Assembly (NCBI GenBank): GCA_043741435.1
Contig: JAYUBF010000272.1
Span: 3,387-67,386, forward strand
DNA from: Myxococcales bacterium
GTDB taxonomy: Bacteria; Myxococcota_A; Polyangia; Palsa-1104
Reading direction: 5' to 3'
Length of the DNA: 64,000 bases
Both the position numbers and the translations under genes were made by a program. The number at the start of each line of letters is the position of its first letter. Position 1 is the first letter of the stretch. Below are positions 17,979-28,647 of this stretch, one piece after another. The notes beneath the pieces are model-generated. The model was not told the origin of the DNA. It saw only the letters and a program-made list of their open reading frames with translations, and made no database searches.

Positions 17979-19286
17979 CTACTTCGCGTTGGCGGGTTTC
18001 ATCGCCGTCCACGCCTCGGCCGAGATCGGCGCGTCGTTGGCGGGCGCGCCCATGAGGCACAGCACCGCGCGCTCGCGGCGCTCGACGCGCCACACGTCGC
18101 CGTTGGGATCGACGAAGCGTGCCGGCAACGTGGCGCCGGCCGTCGCTGGCTGACCCGCGCGGTTGCGCAAGAAGTCGCGGAAGGCAGACGCTGCCTCCGT
18201 GGCGTCGGCCTCGGTGTCCCAGACGGACATGTGCACCACCACCGGCTGCGCATTGGCACCTTCGCCGACGTAGGCGACGAGGCGATCGCCACCCCACCCT
18301 TGCGCTGCCGCATCGGCCTGCGCCTCGGGCAAGCGCGAGCGGAACAAGAGGCGCAGGCCCATCTCGCCCATCACGTCCTGGCGCACGCGCTCGCGCGGCT
18401 GAAGGCTCGTGAGCGGCGCAGCCTCGATGAGCACGGGTCGATCGTGCGCGAGGTAGCGATCGGGGTGCAGCACCTGCTCGGTGGATTCCGGGGGCGAACG
18501 AAACATCTCGTCGACGCGCTTCCACGAGTTGCCACGGCGCACGGCCATCACGAAGCGCAGGCCGGCGAAGTAGGGGAACAGCATCGTCTCGCGCACGAAC
18601 GCCGGCGCCTTGTCGAACTGCGGGGTCTGGCCACCTACGCCACCTTGGCCGGCTTTCACCATCGCCTCGCCCATCGTGGCGATGAGATCGGGTAGTTGAT
18701 CGGCGGGCAACCCGGCCGACTGCGCCTGGAGCTCCAGCATGAGGGCGGTGCCATCACCCTCGACGAGGGCGGCGTGCGCGAGCTGGCGATCGCCGTCTTC
18801 TTTCAGCGGCTTCATCAACGTCAGGAGATTGAAGTTCTGGTCCTGGAGTGCGTGCTCGAGCTCGTGCGCGATCGCGGGCCGCTGCAGATCGAGCGGCAGC
18901 CAATCGGCGATGAAGAGCTTCTTCGCCTTCGGGTCGTAGAAGCCCGCCACTTGCTCGACGAGGAGATCGACCAGCAGCTTGCCGTAGTCGAGGCCTGCCG
19001 GCAGGAGACCCAGGCGTTGCAACACGCGCGTCTCCGCATCCACCTCCGCGGGCGTGTACTCCTCGTCGAGGTGTCCGCGCAGCTTCTCGCTGATCTGCGG
19101 GCGGCTCAACACGCCGCGCGCGACGGGCGCCTTGGCGCGCAGGCCGCGGACCGCTTGCACCTGGCGCAGGATGTCGTCGGTGGCCGCGAGCAAGGCGCTC
19201 CGTGGCGGGCCGCTCGCCGGCTGAGCCGGTGCGGACCCCGGCAGAAGGACGCAGAAGAGGCAGACGAGAACCACGGACCGAGACAT
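17979..19286 (-). CDS. Secreted putative zinc metallopeptidase (HExxH)
   Basis: Signal peptide 'MSRSVVLVCLFCVLLPGSAPA' and 'AIAHELEHALQD'. I recognise no further family assignment. Confidence 0.6.
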   Translation of the reverse strand: MSRSVVLVCLFCVLLPGSAPAQPASGPPRSALLAATDDILRQVQAVRGLRAKAPVARGVLSRPQISEKLRGHLDEEYTPAEVDAETRVLQRLGLLPAGLDYGKLLVDLLVEQVAGFYDPKAKKLFIADWLPLDLQRPAIAHELEHALQDQNFNLLTLMKPLKEDGDRQLAHAALVEGDGTALMLELQAQSAGLPADQLPDLIATMGEAMVKAGQGGVGGQTPQFDKAPAFVRETMLFPYFAGLRFVMAVRRGNSWKRVDEMFRSPPESTEQVLHPDRYLAHDRPVLIEAAPLTSLQPRERVRQDVMGEMGLRLLFRSRLPEAQADAAAQGWGGDRLVAYVGEGANAQPVVVHMSVWDTEADATEAASAFRDFLRNRAGQPATAGATLPARFVDPNGDVWRVERRERAVLCLMGAPANDAPISAEAWTAMKPANAK

Positions 19287-19431
19287 TGGACGGAGCCTAG
19301 CAGCCCTTACGTACAGCTCCCCGCAATTGAGTGATCAGCACTTCGGACGAGCCCGATCCACAGCCCGAGTCCGAGGCCGCAGCGCAACATGAGCAGGTTC
19401 GCGAACTACAGCGAGTGCGTGCGCCATGGTT

Positions 19432-19764
19432 CTACCCGATGAACAGGTCCTGGATATTCGCGAGATCGACGCGCGCCAGCTCGTCGCTGAGCCACCGGCT
19501 GCGCTCGCGAAGGTGCTCGATCATCTTAGTGTCATCGGGCGCCACGGCGAAGAGATCGCGCATCTGCTCGAACTCGGCACGTACTTCAGGAAAGTCTTCG
19601 ATCGCAACGGTCGTGCCGCTGTGGAAGAGTGGCATCCACACGAGGCCGAGCCGCGCGGCGGCGGGCAACCAATACGCCGAAAAGAGATCTTCGGTCGCCA
19701 CCGGCAGATAGTCCCGACCGCTGGCTCCCTCGTTGCGATAAGTGATGACGACAGCGACCGACAT
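19432..19764 (-). CDS. Hypothetical protein (110 aa)
   Basis: Good G/C third-position bias. It lies upstream of the metallopeptidase on the same strand. No motif recognised. Confidence 0.5.
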   Translation of the reverse strand: MSVAVVITYRNEGASGRDYLPVATEDLFSAYWLPAAARLGLVWMPLFHSGTTVAIEDFPEVRAEFEQMRDLFAVAPDDTKMIEHLRERSRWLSDELARVDLANIQDLFIG

Positions 19765-20071
19765 GGTTACTCGTCCGGCTGCCCGGTGCCGGGCGTGGGT
19801 GGGAGGACTACAGAAACACCGAACTCCGTTCTGCCCCGGCCGGCTTTCGTGCGGAGATGCGTTTGTCTGACATCGTCATGGCCGGTAAACCCGCCTCAGC
19901 ACCTGGAAGTGCTCCCTTTCGGCGCGCTCCTTGGCTCGCGCCGCAGCTTGTTCGGTGGAGGCATGCGCATCATGGCAGCCGCTGGCGGCTGGGGGTAGCC
20001 CGATCAGTCTTGCGCGCGTGTGCGGGCTTGTCGCCGCTCGATCTTCGGTGTAGCCCCTTCGCTGCCTCGCC

Positions 20072-23000
20072 ATGGAAGACCGTCAAAGCGCCCGCAACGG
20101 GCTCGCCGAGATCGCGCGCCTCTGCGTAGCGGGTGAGCGCGCGCGCGTGTTCGATGCGGGTGGCTCGTTCGCTGCCGTGATGTTGTCGTACCTCGCCGAG
20201 CGTGGGCCCGACGGTGAACGCCGTCCCATCGTGGTGATCGTGCCCGACGAGGATCGTGCGCAACGGCTCGAGCGCGACCTCGAGATGTTCTTGCCCACCG
20301 CGCACGAAGGCGATCCGCTGGCGGCGCCGCGCGTTCTCCGCCTGCCGGCCGACGACGCGAGCCCCTTCGCCGACGTCACGCCCGATCGCCGCATCGTGCT
20401 CCAGCGCATGGCCACGCTGTTTCGCTTGTCGCAGGGCAGCCGAGGAGAGGTGCTCATCGCGTCGGCCGATGCGATCCGCCGCAAGGTCATCGGTCGCGAC
20501 GCCTTCGCGCAGCGCGTCGATCTCGTCGCCGTCAAAGAGAAGATCGATCGCGATGCCACCATCGAGCTGCTCGCGAAGAGCGGCTATGCGCGCATGCCGG
20601 TGGTGGAGGACCCAGGCACCTTCGCCGTGCGCGGGGGTGTGCTCGACGTGTTCCCCCCCATCTATCGATTCCCTGTGCGCATCGAGCTCTTTGGCGACGA
20701 AGTGGAGCGCTTGCGGCTCTTCGACCCGGCGAGCCAGCGCACGCTGCGCGAGATCGACGAGCTCTACCTTCATCCGGTGCGCGAGGTCATTCTCACCGAC
20801 GGCAACCAAATTCGCGAGCGCCTGCGCGACGCGGCCGACAAGGCAGAATATCCGTCGTCGAAGACGCGCGCGATCCTCGAGCAGATCGATCGCGGCGAAG
20901 ACTTCTTCGGCAAAGAAAGCCTGGCGCCCGCGTTCCATGCGGAGCTGCGATCGGTGTTCGAGTACATCCCGCCGGGCGCGACGCTCTACATCGAAGAGCT
21001 CGACGACTGCCTCGCCCGCATCGGCGAGCAGCTCGCCACCGATCAACACGATTACGAAGCACGCGTTGCCGAGCACAAGCTTGCGCTGCCACCCTCGGAC
21101 TTCTATCTGTCGAAGGCCGAGGTGCGCGCCGCGTTCTCGGCACCCGGTCGCGCGCGCATCGAGTCGCAGCAGCTCGAGACGGTGGAGTCGGAGGGCTCGC
21201 CGCCGTCAGTCCGCTTCGATACCGCTCAGCTCGAGGGGCTGAAGCTCGAGCTCAGTCGGTCACGCGCCGAGAAGCACGAGGAGCTGTTGCGCCCGCTGGT
21301 CGACCGGCTCGAAACGCTGTCCGATGTGGGCACGCGCGTGTGGCTCATCGCGCCGAACCTCCACGGCGCCGATCGCTTGCGCTCGCTCCTCGCGGGCTAC
21401 GGGGTGCGCGCGGAGATCGGGCCGGCTCCGCGCTGGGAGACGTTGATCGCGGGAGGCGAGCCGTCGGTGCGCATCGCCGTCGGTACGCTGCATCGTGGCT
21501 TCCACCTGCCTCTCGACAAGACCGCACTGGTGTCGGAGGCCGAGATCTTCGGCGACAAGGTGGAGCGCCGCGCGCCGAAGAAGACCAGCGCATCGGGGCA
21601 GCAAGCGGCGCTCAAGAACCTCGAGCCGGGAAACTTCGTGGTGCACAAGACCCACGGCGTCGGGGTGTACCGCGGCCTCACCAAGCTGCCGCTCAAAGCA
21701 ACGAAGGCAGGCGAAGCTGCAGTCGCCGTCGATTTCTTGCACCTCGAGTACGAGGGTGGCGCGCTGTACCTGCCGGTGTGGCGTCTGTCCGAGGTGCAGG
21801 CCTATGCGGGTGCCGATGGCGTCACGCCCAAAGTCGACCGGATGGGTGGTGTCACCTGGGAGAAGACGCGCGGCAAGGTGTCGCGTGAAATTCGCCAGAT
21901 GGCGGAGGAGCTCATCCAGCTGTACGCGCAGCGGCAGGCGCTGCAGGGTCACGCCTTCAAGCTGCCCGCGAACGAGCAGGCGCTCTTCGCGGAGTTCGAG
22001 GCCACGTTCCCGTTCGAGGAAACGCCGGATCAACAAAAGGCGATCGACGACGTCGCAAACGATCTGGAGCAGCCTCGCCCCATGGATCGCCTCGTCTGCG
22101 GCGACGTGGGCTACGGCAAGACCGAGGTCGCGATCCGCGCTGCTGCGCAGGTGGTGCTCGGTGGCAAGCAGGTTGCCGTACTGGCACCGACGACGGTGCT
22201 CGTGGAGCAACACGCCAATACCTTCAAGGCGCGCTTGCGCGACATGCCGATCCGCGTCGAGTCGTTGTCGCGCTACAAGACGACGAAGGAGCAGCAAGAG
22301 GTCGTGAAGGCGCTCGCGGAGGGCAAGATCGACATCGTGGTGGGCACGCATCGTTTGCTCTCCGCCGACGTGCGCTGGAAGGATCTGGGACTGGTGGTCA
22401 TCGACGAGGAACAGCGTTTCGGTGTGACGCACAAGGAGCGGCTGAAGAAGCTGCGCACGCAGGTGGACGTGCTCACGCTCACGGCCACGCCGATCCCGCG
22501 CACGCTGCACATGGCGCTCGTCGGCCTGCGCGAGATCTCCATCATCACCACCCCGCCGATCGATCGCCTCGCGGTGCGCACGCTCGTGGGCAAGTACAAC
22601 GATGCGTTGGTGATCGAAGGAGTGAAGCGCGAGCTGGCGCGCGGTGGGCAGGTGTTCTTCGTGCACAACCGCGTGGAGGACATCTACGAGTGGTCGGCAA
22701 AGCTGCGCGAGCTGATGCCGGAGCTCCGCATCGTGGTGGGGCACGGGCAGATGCCGCCGGAAGAGCTGGAGAGGGTGATGGTGCAATTCGTCGACGGCAA
22801 GGCGGATATGTTGTTGTGCACCACCATCATCGAGTCGGGCCTCGACATCCCACGCGCGAACACGATGTTCGTGAACCGCGCCGATCGCTTCGGCCTCGCG
22901 CAGCTCTATCAGCTGCGGGGACGCATCGGCCGCTCGAAGGAGCGTGCGCACTGTTATTTGCTGATCCCGCCCGAGGATTCTCTCTCCAGCGACGCAAAGC

Positions 23001-23653
23001 AGCGCCTGCACGTGCTGCAGAAGTTCACCGAGCTCGGCGCCGGTTATCAGATCGCCTCGCACGATCTCGAGCTCCGCGGCGCCGGCGATCTGCTGGGCGC
23101 GAAGCAGTCGGGCATGATCGCCGCCGTCGGCTTCGACACGTACACGCAGATCCTCGCCGAGGCCGTCGCCGAGCTGCGCGGGGAGCCCATCGATGTGGCG
23201 CTCGATCCCGAGATCACGAGCGACGTGCCCGCTTTCATTCCCGAGCAGTACTGCCCCGACGTCGGCCAGCGCCTCGACTTCTATCGCCGCTTCTCGCAAG
23301 CCGGCGACGATGGCGAGATCGCGGCTACCGTCGGCGAGATCACCGATCGCTACGGTGAGCCGCCGGAGGAAGTGCAGCTGCTCGCGCAACTCATGCAGAT
23401 CAAGGCACTGGCGCGGCGCCTGCGCGCCACCGCGCTGGAGCTCGGAGAGGTGCGGATCTCGTTGGCACTTGCCGACGACACGCCGCTGACGCCGCAGATC
23501 GTGATGAAGCTGGTCGCCCAGAAAAATTCTTTGTGGCGACTCACGCCCGACATGCGCCTCCAGCGCGCGTTCACCGGCAACGAGCGCGAGCGCCGGCTCG
23601 AGGTGGCGCGGCAGCTCCTGTCGCAGCTCCTCGACTCCGTGCCGGCGGCGTAG
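20072..23653 (+). CDS. mfd: Transcription-repair coupling factor Mfd
   Basis: 1193 aa. Helicase motifs 'CGDVGYGKTEVA', 'VIDEEQRFGV', 'LTATPIPRT' and 'QLYQLRGRIGR'. There is a CarD-like 'GNFVVHKTHGVGVY' and a TRCF C-terminal domain. Confidence 0.95.
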   Translation: MEDRQSARNGLAEIARLCVAGERARVFDAGGSFAAVMLSYLAERGPDGERRPIVVIVPDEDRAQRLERDLEMFLPTAHEGDPLAAPRVLRLPADDASPFADVTPDRRIVLQRMATLFRLSQGSRGEVLIASADAIRRKVIGRDAFAQRVDLVAVKEKIDRDATIELLAKSGYARMPVVEDPGTFAVRGGVLDVFPPIYRFPVRIELFGDEVERLRLFDPASQRTLREIDELYLHPVREVILTDGNQIRERLRDAADKAEYPSSKTRAILEQIDRGEDFFGKESLAPAFHAELRSVFEYIPPGATLYIEELDDCLARIGEQLATDQHDYEARVAEHKLALPPSDFYLSKAEVRAAFSAPGRARIESQQLETVESEGSPPSVRFDTAQLEGLKLELSRSRAEKHEELLRPLVDRLETLSDVGTRVWLIAPNLHGADRLRSLLAGYGVRAEIGPAPRWETLIAGGEPSVRIAVGTLHRGFHLPLDKTALVSEAEIFGDKVERRAPKKTSASGQQAALKNLEPGNFVVHKTHGVGVYRGLTKLPLKATKAGEAAVAVDFLHLEYEGGALYLPVWRLSEVQAYAGADGVTPKVDRMGGVTWEKTRGKVSREIRQMAEELIQLYAQRQALQGHAFKLPANEQALFAEFEATFPFEETPDQQKAIDDVANDLEQPRPMDRLVCGDVGYGKTEVAIRAAAQVVLGGKQVAVLAPTTVLVEQHANTFKARLRDMPIRVESLSRYKTTKEQQEVVKALAEGKIDIVVGTHRLLSADVRWKDLGLVVIDEEQRFGVTHKERLKKLRTQVDVLTLTATPIPRTLHMALVGLREISIITTPPIDRLAVRTLVGKYNDALVIEGVKRELARGGQVFFVHNRVEDIYEWSAKLRELMPELRIVVGHGQMPPEELERVMVQFVDGKADMLLCTTIIESGLDIPRANTMFVNRADRFGLAQLYQLRGRIGRSKERAHCYLLIPPEDSLSSDAKQRLHVLQKFTELGAGYQIASHDLELRGAGDLLGAKQSGMIAAVGFDTYTQILAEAVAELRGEPIDVALDPEITSDVPAFIPEQYCPDVGQRLDFYRRFSQAGDDGEIAATVGEITDRYGEPPEEVQLLAQLMQIKALARRLRATALELGEVRISLALADDTPLTPQIVMKLVAQKNSLWRLTPDMRLQRAFTGNERERRLEVARQLLSQLLDSVPAA

Positions 23654-23656
23654 CCC

Positions 23657-24706
23657 TTGGCTGAGCTTGCGCAGTTCCTGTGGTTCCTGCACCAGCCGGG
23701 CGCGGCGACCTGGCTCAAGCGTGAGCTTGCGGAGCGCCGCCCCGATCTGCGTTTTGCGTTCTCGCGTCCGGGGCTGACGACGTTCAAGGTCGACGCCGCG
23801 CGGATCGACGAGCCGGCGCCGAGCTCGTTCGCGCGTGCGCAGGGCAGATCGCTGGGGCGCGCCAGCGACGCGGCAGGCGCAGACGCGCGTGTCGCCGAGT
23901 TGGGGACTGGGCGCTTGCGGCTGCACGTGTTCGAGCGTGATCCGGACGAGCCCGCGGATGAGCGGGACGCAAACGTGGCCGGGACGCGTGCGAGAGAGAT
24001 CGAACGCGCTCTGCGCGCCGCGATGCCGGAGCGTTTCCACGACGACACGATGGCAAAGCTCGGCGACATGGTTCTCGACGTGGTCTGCGCGCCCGCCGAG
24101 CAAGCCGACGATGGTTGGCTCATTGGCTGGCACACGCACGACACGGCGCGCGGCGCCTTCCCAGGGGGCGTGCAGCACGCGCGCATCCCGGAGAACGCAC
24201 CGTCACGTGCGTGGGCGAAGATCGAGGAAGCGCTGCGGTGGTCGGGCCTACAACCACGCGCGGGCGAGCATGCGGTGGAGCTCGGTTCTGCGCCCGGCGG
24301 CGCGAGCTTCGCGCTGCTCGAGCGTGGCCTCAACGTGCACGGCGTGGATCCCGGTGCGATGGCCGAGACCGTGCTGAGGTATCGCGGGACGCGCGGCAAC
24401 CGCTACGTGCACCATGCCGTGTCGGCCGCCGCGGTGGAGCGCAAGGACCTGCCGCGTACCTACGAGTGGCTCGCCAGCGACATGAACTTGGCGCCGATGG
24501 TGGCGCTCAGGTACGTGGAGCGCTTCGTCGCCCTCGCGCACGGTGGCCTGCGGGGCGCGTTCATCACGCTCAAGCTGAACGACGAAGGCGTGTTCGAGGC
24601 GTTGCCGGCGCTGCGCGAGCGCATCGCCAAGCTCGGCGCGAAGGAGGTTCGCTACACACAGCTGCCGAGCCATCGCAGCGAGCTGGTGGCGATCCTGTCG
24701 TGGTGA
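23657..24706 (+). CDS. rlmM: RlmM-like (FtsJ-fold) rRNA 2'-O-methyltransferase
   Basis: The architecture parallels E. coli RlmM: SAM motif 'VELGSAPGGASFAL', 'GVDPGAM', 'ASDMNLAP' and 'ITLKLN'. The TTG start is 3 nt after the mfd stop. Confidence 0.65.
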   Translation: MAELAQFLWFLHQPGAATWLKRELAERRPDLRFAFSRPGLTTFKVDAARIDEPAPSSFARAQGRSLGRASDAAGADARVAELGTGRLRLHVFERDPDEPADERDANVAGTRAREIERALRAAMPERFHDDTMAKLGDMVLDVVCAPAEQADDGWLIGWHTHDTARGAFPGGVQHARIPENAPSRAWAKIEEALRWSGLQPRAGEHAVELGSAPGGASFALLERGLNVHGVDPGAMAETVLRYRGTRGNRYVHHAVSAAAVERKDLPRTYEWLASDMNLAPMVALRYVERFVALAHGGLRGAFITLKLNDEGVFEALPALRERIAKLGAKEVRYTQLPSHRSELVAILSW

Positions 24707-25281
24707 GGAGCGCCGTCACGCTCGCGCTGCACAAGCCGTACGGCATGCTGTCGCGCTTCACCTCCGACGGCAGCAAGTGGCGCACGCTGGCCGACCTCGG
24801 CTTGCCGAGAGAGGTGTGGCCCATCGGCAGGCTCGACGCCGACAGCGAGGGCTTGCTGGTCCTCTCGTCGGACAAGTCGCTGGTGGATCGCTTGTTATCG
24901 CCGCGTCACGATCACGAGAAGACCTACTGGGCGCAGGTGGAGCGCGTACCCAGCGACGAGGCGCTCGATCAGCTCCGCACGGGCGTGCTCCTCGACGGGG
25001 TGCGCACCAAGCCGGCGCGGGCGCGCAGGATCGAGGCACCGGCGCTGACCGATCGCGTCCCGCCCATCCGCTACCGCAAGTCGGTGCCTGATCAGTGGAT
25101 CGAGCTCGTGATCAGCGAGGGCAAGAACCGACAGGTGCGCCGCATGACCGCGGTCGTGGGCCACCCCACGTTGCGCTTGGTGCGCGCAGCGATCGGCGCG
25201 CTTGCGCTCGGAGAGCTCGCCGCGGGCCAGTCGCGTGCCGTCGGTGTCGACGATCTGCGCCGGCTCCTCGCGTCACGCTGA
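24700..25281 (+). CDS. rluE: Pseudouridine synthase, RluE/RsuA family
   Basis: Motifs 'HKPYGMLSRFT', catalytic 'GRLDADSEGLLVLS' and 'EGKNRQVRRMTAVVGHPTLRLVR'. The GTG start overlaps the rlmM-like stop by 7 nt. Confidence 0.8.
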   Translation: MVRSAVTLALHKPYGMLSRFTSDGSKWRTLADLGLPREVWPIGRLDADSEGLLVLSSDKSLVDRLLSPRHDHEKTYWAQVERVPSDEALDQLRTGVLLDGVRTKPARARRIEAPALTDRVPPIRYRKSVPDQWIELVISEGKNRQVRRMTAVVGHPTLRLVRAAIGALALGELAAGQSRAVGVDDLRRLLASR

Positions 25282-25379
25282 TCCTCGCAGGAGGTGCGCA
25301 AACGCCTACAGCCGCCATTCGGCGCGCTCAAGTTTGGCGGCATGCGGTCGAAGCGCCTCCTGCAACGCATGAGCACGAG

Positions 25380-26855
<1,476 letters not shown>

Positions 26856-26867
26856 TTCTACGAGGGC

Positions 26868-27410
26868 CTAGTCCGCGGCCTCCAGTGTGAACGGGTAGGT
26901 CACCACGCTCTCGCCGCCGTTGGCGGGAGCTGGGAAGCGCATCGCATACAAGGTCTCCGCGATGCACTCGCGAACGTCCTTGTCGTTGAAGGTGCTGCCT
27001 TCGTCCACGATCTCGCTGCGGCTCACGAGGCCGCCGATCTCCTGCTCGCCACTGATAGTGAATCTTACGATGAGCTTGCCCGCGAGCTTCGCGTCTTTCT
27101 CGAGCCCCTGCTCGAAGCATTCCTCGATCATCGGCAAGACCGAGCTCATTTGCTCACGCACGTAGGACGGGTCGAGCGCTCGAGCCGGCTCCACTGCAGG
27201 CTGGCTGCTTCGGGCTGCACGGCTGCTGTCGATGCGCCCGAGGAACTCGGAGCGCGCCGCTCGATCCAGCGTGGGTTTTGCCGAGGCCGCGGCCACCGGC
27301 TTTCTCAGCGATGGCGGCAGAGCGATGGAAAGCGTCGGCGTACGAGGCCAGAGCGACGCGGTCACCGCGGCGGTGCCGGTGACCGCTGTGAGCCAGAAGA
27401 GCTTCATCAT
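26868..27410 (-). CDS. Membrane-anchored protein with AgmX/PglI-type (TonB_C-like) C-terminal domain
   Basis: The anchor is 'MMKLFWLTAVTGTAAVTASLW'. The C-terminus 'VLPMIEECFEQG...GKLIVRFTISGEQ...VRECIAETLYAMRFPAP...VTYPFTL' resembles the myxobacterial AgmX/PglI C-terminal domain. No stop separates it from the upstream sigma region 4 in the same frame. Confidence 0.6.
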   Translation of the reverse strand: MMKLFWLTAVTGTAAVTASLWPRTPTLSIALPPSLRKPVAAASAKPTLDRAARSEFLGRIDSSRAARSSQPAVEPARALDPSYVREQMSSVLPMIEECFEQGLEKDAKLAGKLIVRFTISGEQEIGGLVSRSEIVDEGSTFNDKDVRECIAETLYAMRFPAPANGGESVVTYPFTLEAAD

Positions 27411-27488
27411 GATGGAGAGTCCTTTCGGGGGAAGAGGGAAGGGCGAGAGATTGATCGGCAAGAGAGCGAGGTGCCATGCGGAGCGATC

Positions 27489-28011
27489 ACCGCCGTGCGC
27501 AGCATCGAGCTGGTCCCGTAACCCGGAGAGGCCCTGCTGCAATCGCCAGCGCACGGTGCTCGCCGGAACGCCGAGACGAGCCGCGATCTGGGTCGAATCG
27601 AGATCTTCGTAGAAGCGCAGCAAGACGGTGGAACGTAAGGGCTCGGCGAGCGACAGAACGAGGTCTCCGAGCGTGCGCTGCAGCTGCATTCGCTGCACGA
27701 TCGCGTCGCCGCTCTCGGGTGTGACTGCCTCGCTCGGACCCCCAACGAGCGCGCTCAGCTCCCGCCGCGTTGCTGCGAGACCGTGCACGTAGCCGGCCAC
27801 GAAACAAGTTGCGGATGACCTCGGCGAGCCAAGGTCGTGCAGGCCGATTCGCGTCCGGGCGGTCGCGTAGCGCCACGACCCAGGCCTCTTGTACGAGGTC
27901 GTCGGCGAGGGCGTCATCGTGGGTCAAACTGAAAGCCAGACGGCCCGCCCAGCCTGCGTGCTCGAGCAGAGCTTCGAGAGTCGCGGTGGAAGTGGTTTCG
28001 GTACAAGTCAC
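27489..28011 (-). pseudogene. ECF sigma factor with apparent frameshift near 27760-27775
   Basis: Region 2 ('DDLVQEAWVVALR...PWLAEVIRNLF') is in the frame of ORF 27487-28011. Region 4 ('LRSTVLLRFYEDLDSTQIAARLGVPASTVRWRLQQGL') is in the frame of ORF 26868-27917. This could be a real lesion or a sequence error. Confidence 0.55.
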
Positions 28012-28647
28012 CTACCCAATATGCCGCCCGGCGCCGAAGTGTTGGCTCAATAGTTGGAAGAGGTCGCGGCAGACGGCGAAGGCCTCGCTGACCCACGGAA
28101 AGACAGGTACGAAATCATCGTCGCCGCAAGTTCGCTAAACGCGACGCGCAGCGACGGTGAGGTGTGCCACCTCGATCGATAGAAGGGGATGCCAGAGTAA
28201 TAGTGGAATACGTTCGCGGATCGCCCCCAACTCAAATGAGCGAGATTGGGAGCGGATGAGCCCAGGAAGCCACACAGCGGCGGATACCGCAGTCGCTCTG
28301 GGACGGGGCGGCAGGCATAGCGTCGGGATAGGGCCAGCGGTAGGGGAGTCGTTTGTTCGGCTCGAACGACGGTACGGTCGGGATCGATCCAGCGAACGCA
28401 CGGCCGAGAGGGCGGACGAGAGTAGCCTCCCTCGCGAGGGGCGTCGGAGCCTGCTCGATGCTTCGGAGCGAGTCTGCGAGCGGAGAAGCGTCGATGCCAA
28501 GGCGACGCCGAGCGGGTCGGCGCGAAGCGCCACTTAGCGTCCCGTGCGAGGGACGGCTGCGAGCGTCCGACCGGTGGGCATGCAGTGAGCGTTTATGCGG
28601 CGGGCCCCAGGTGGGCCAACCGGGCGTCGGTGTGGTAGGAAAGGCGC

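Noticed and set aside
21260-24178. 972-aa minus-strand ORF, the longest non-annotated ORF in the track
   Set aside because: It is entirely antisense to mfd and the rlmM-like gene, whose products carry unambiguous motifs. Its composition is Arg/Ala/His/Leu-rich, typical of antisense frames in high-GC DNA, and it has no motif.
28012-28647. RNase P RNA, tmRNA, SRP RNA or 6S RNA in the long non-coding gap
   Set aside because: I could not find the conserved cores (GGAAAGUCCGG and ACAGAA.CCGGCUUA, a tRNA-like T-arm GGUUCGA, or the SRP GGAAGCAGCC motif) on either strand. Only a generic structured-RNA possibility remains.
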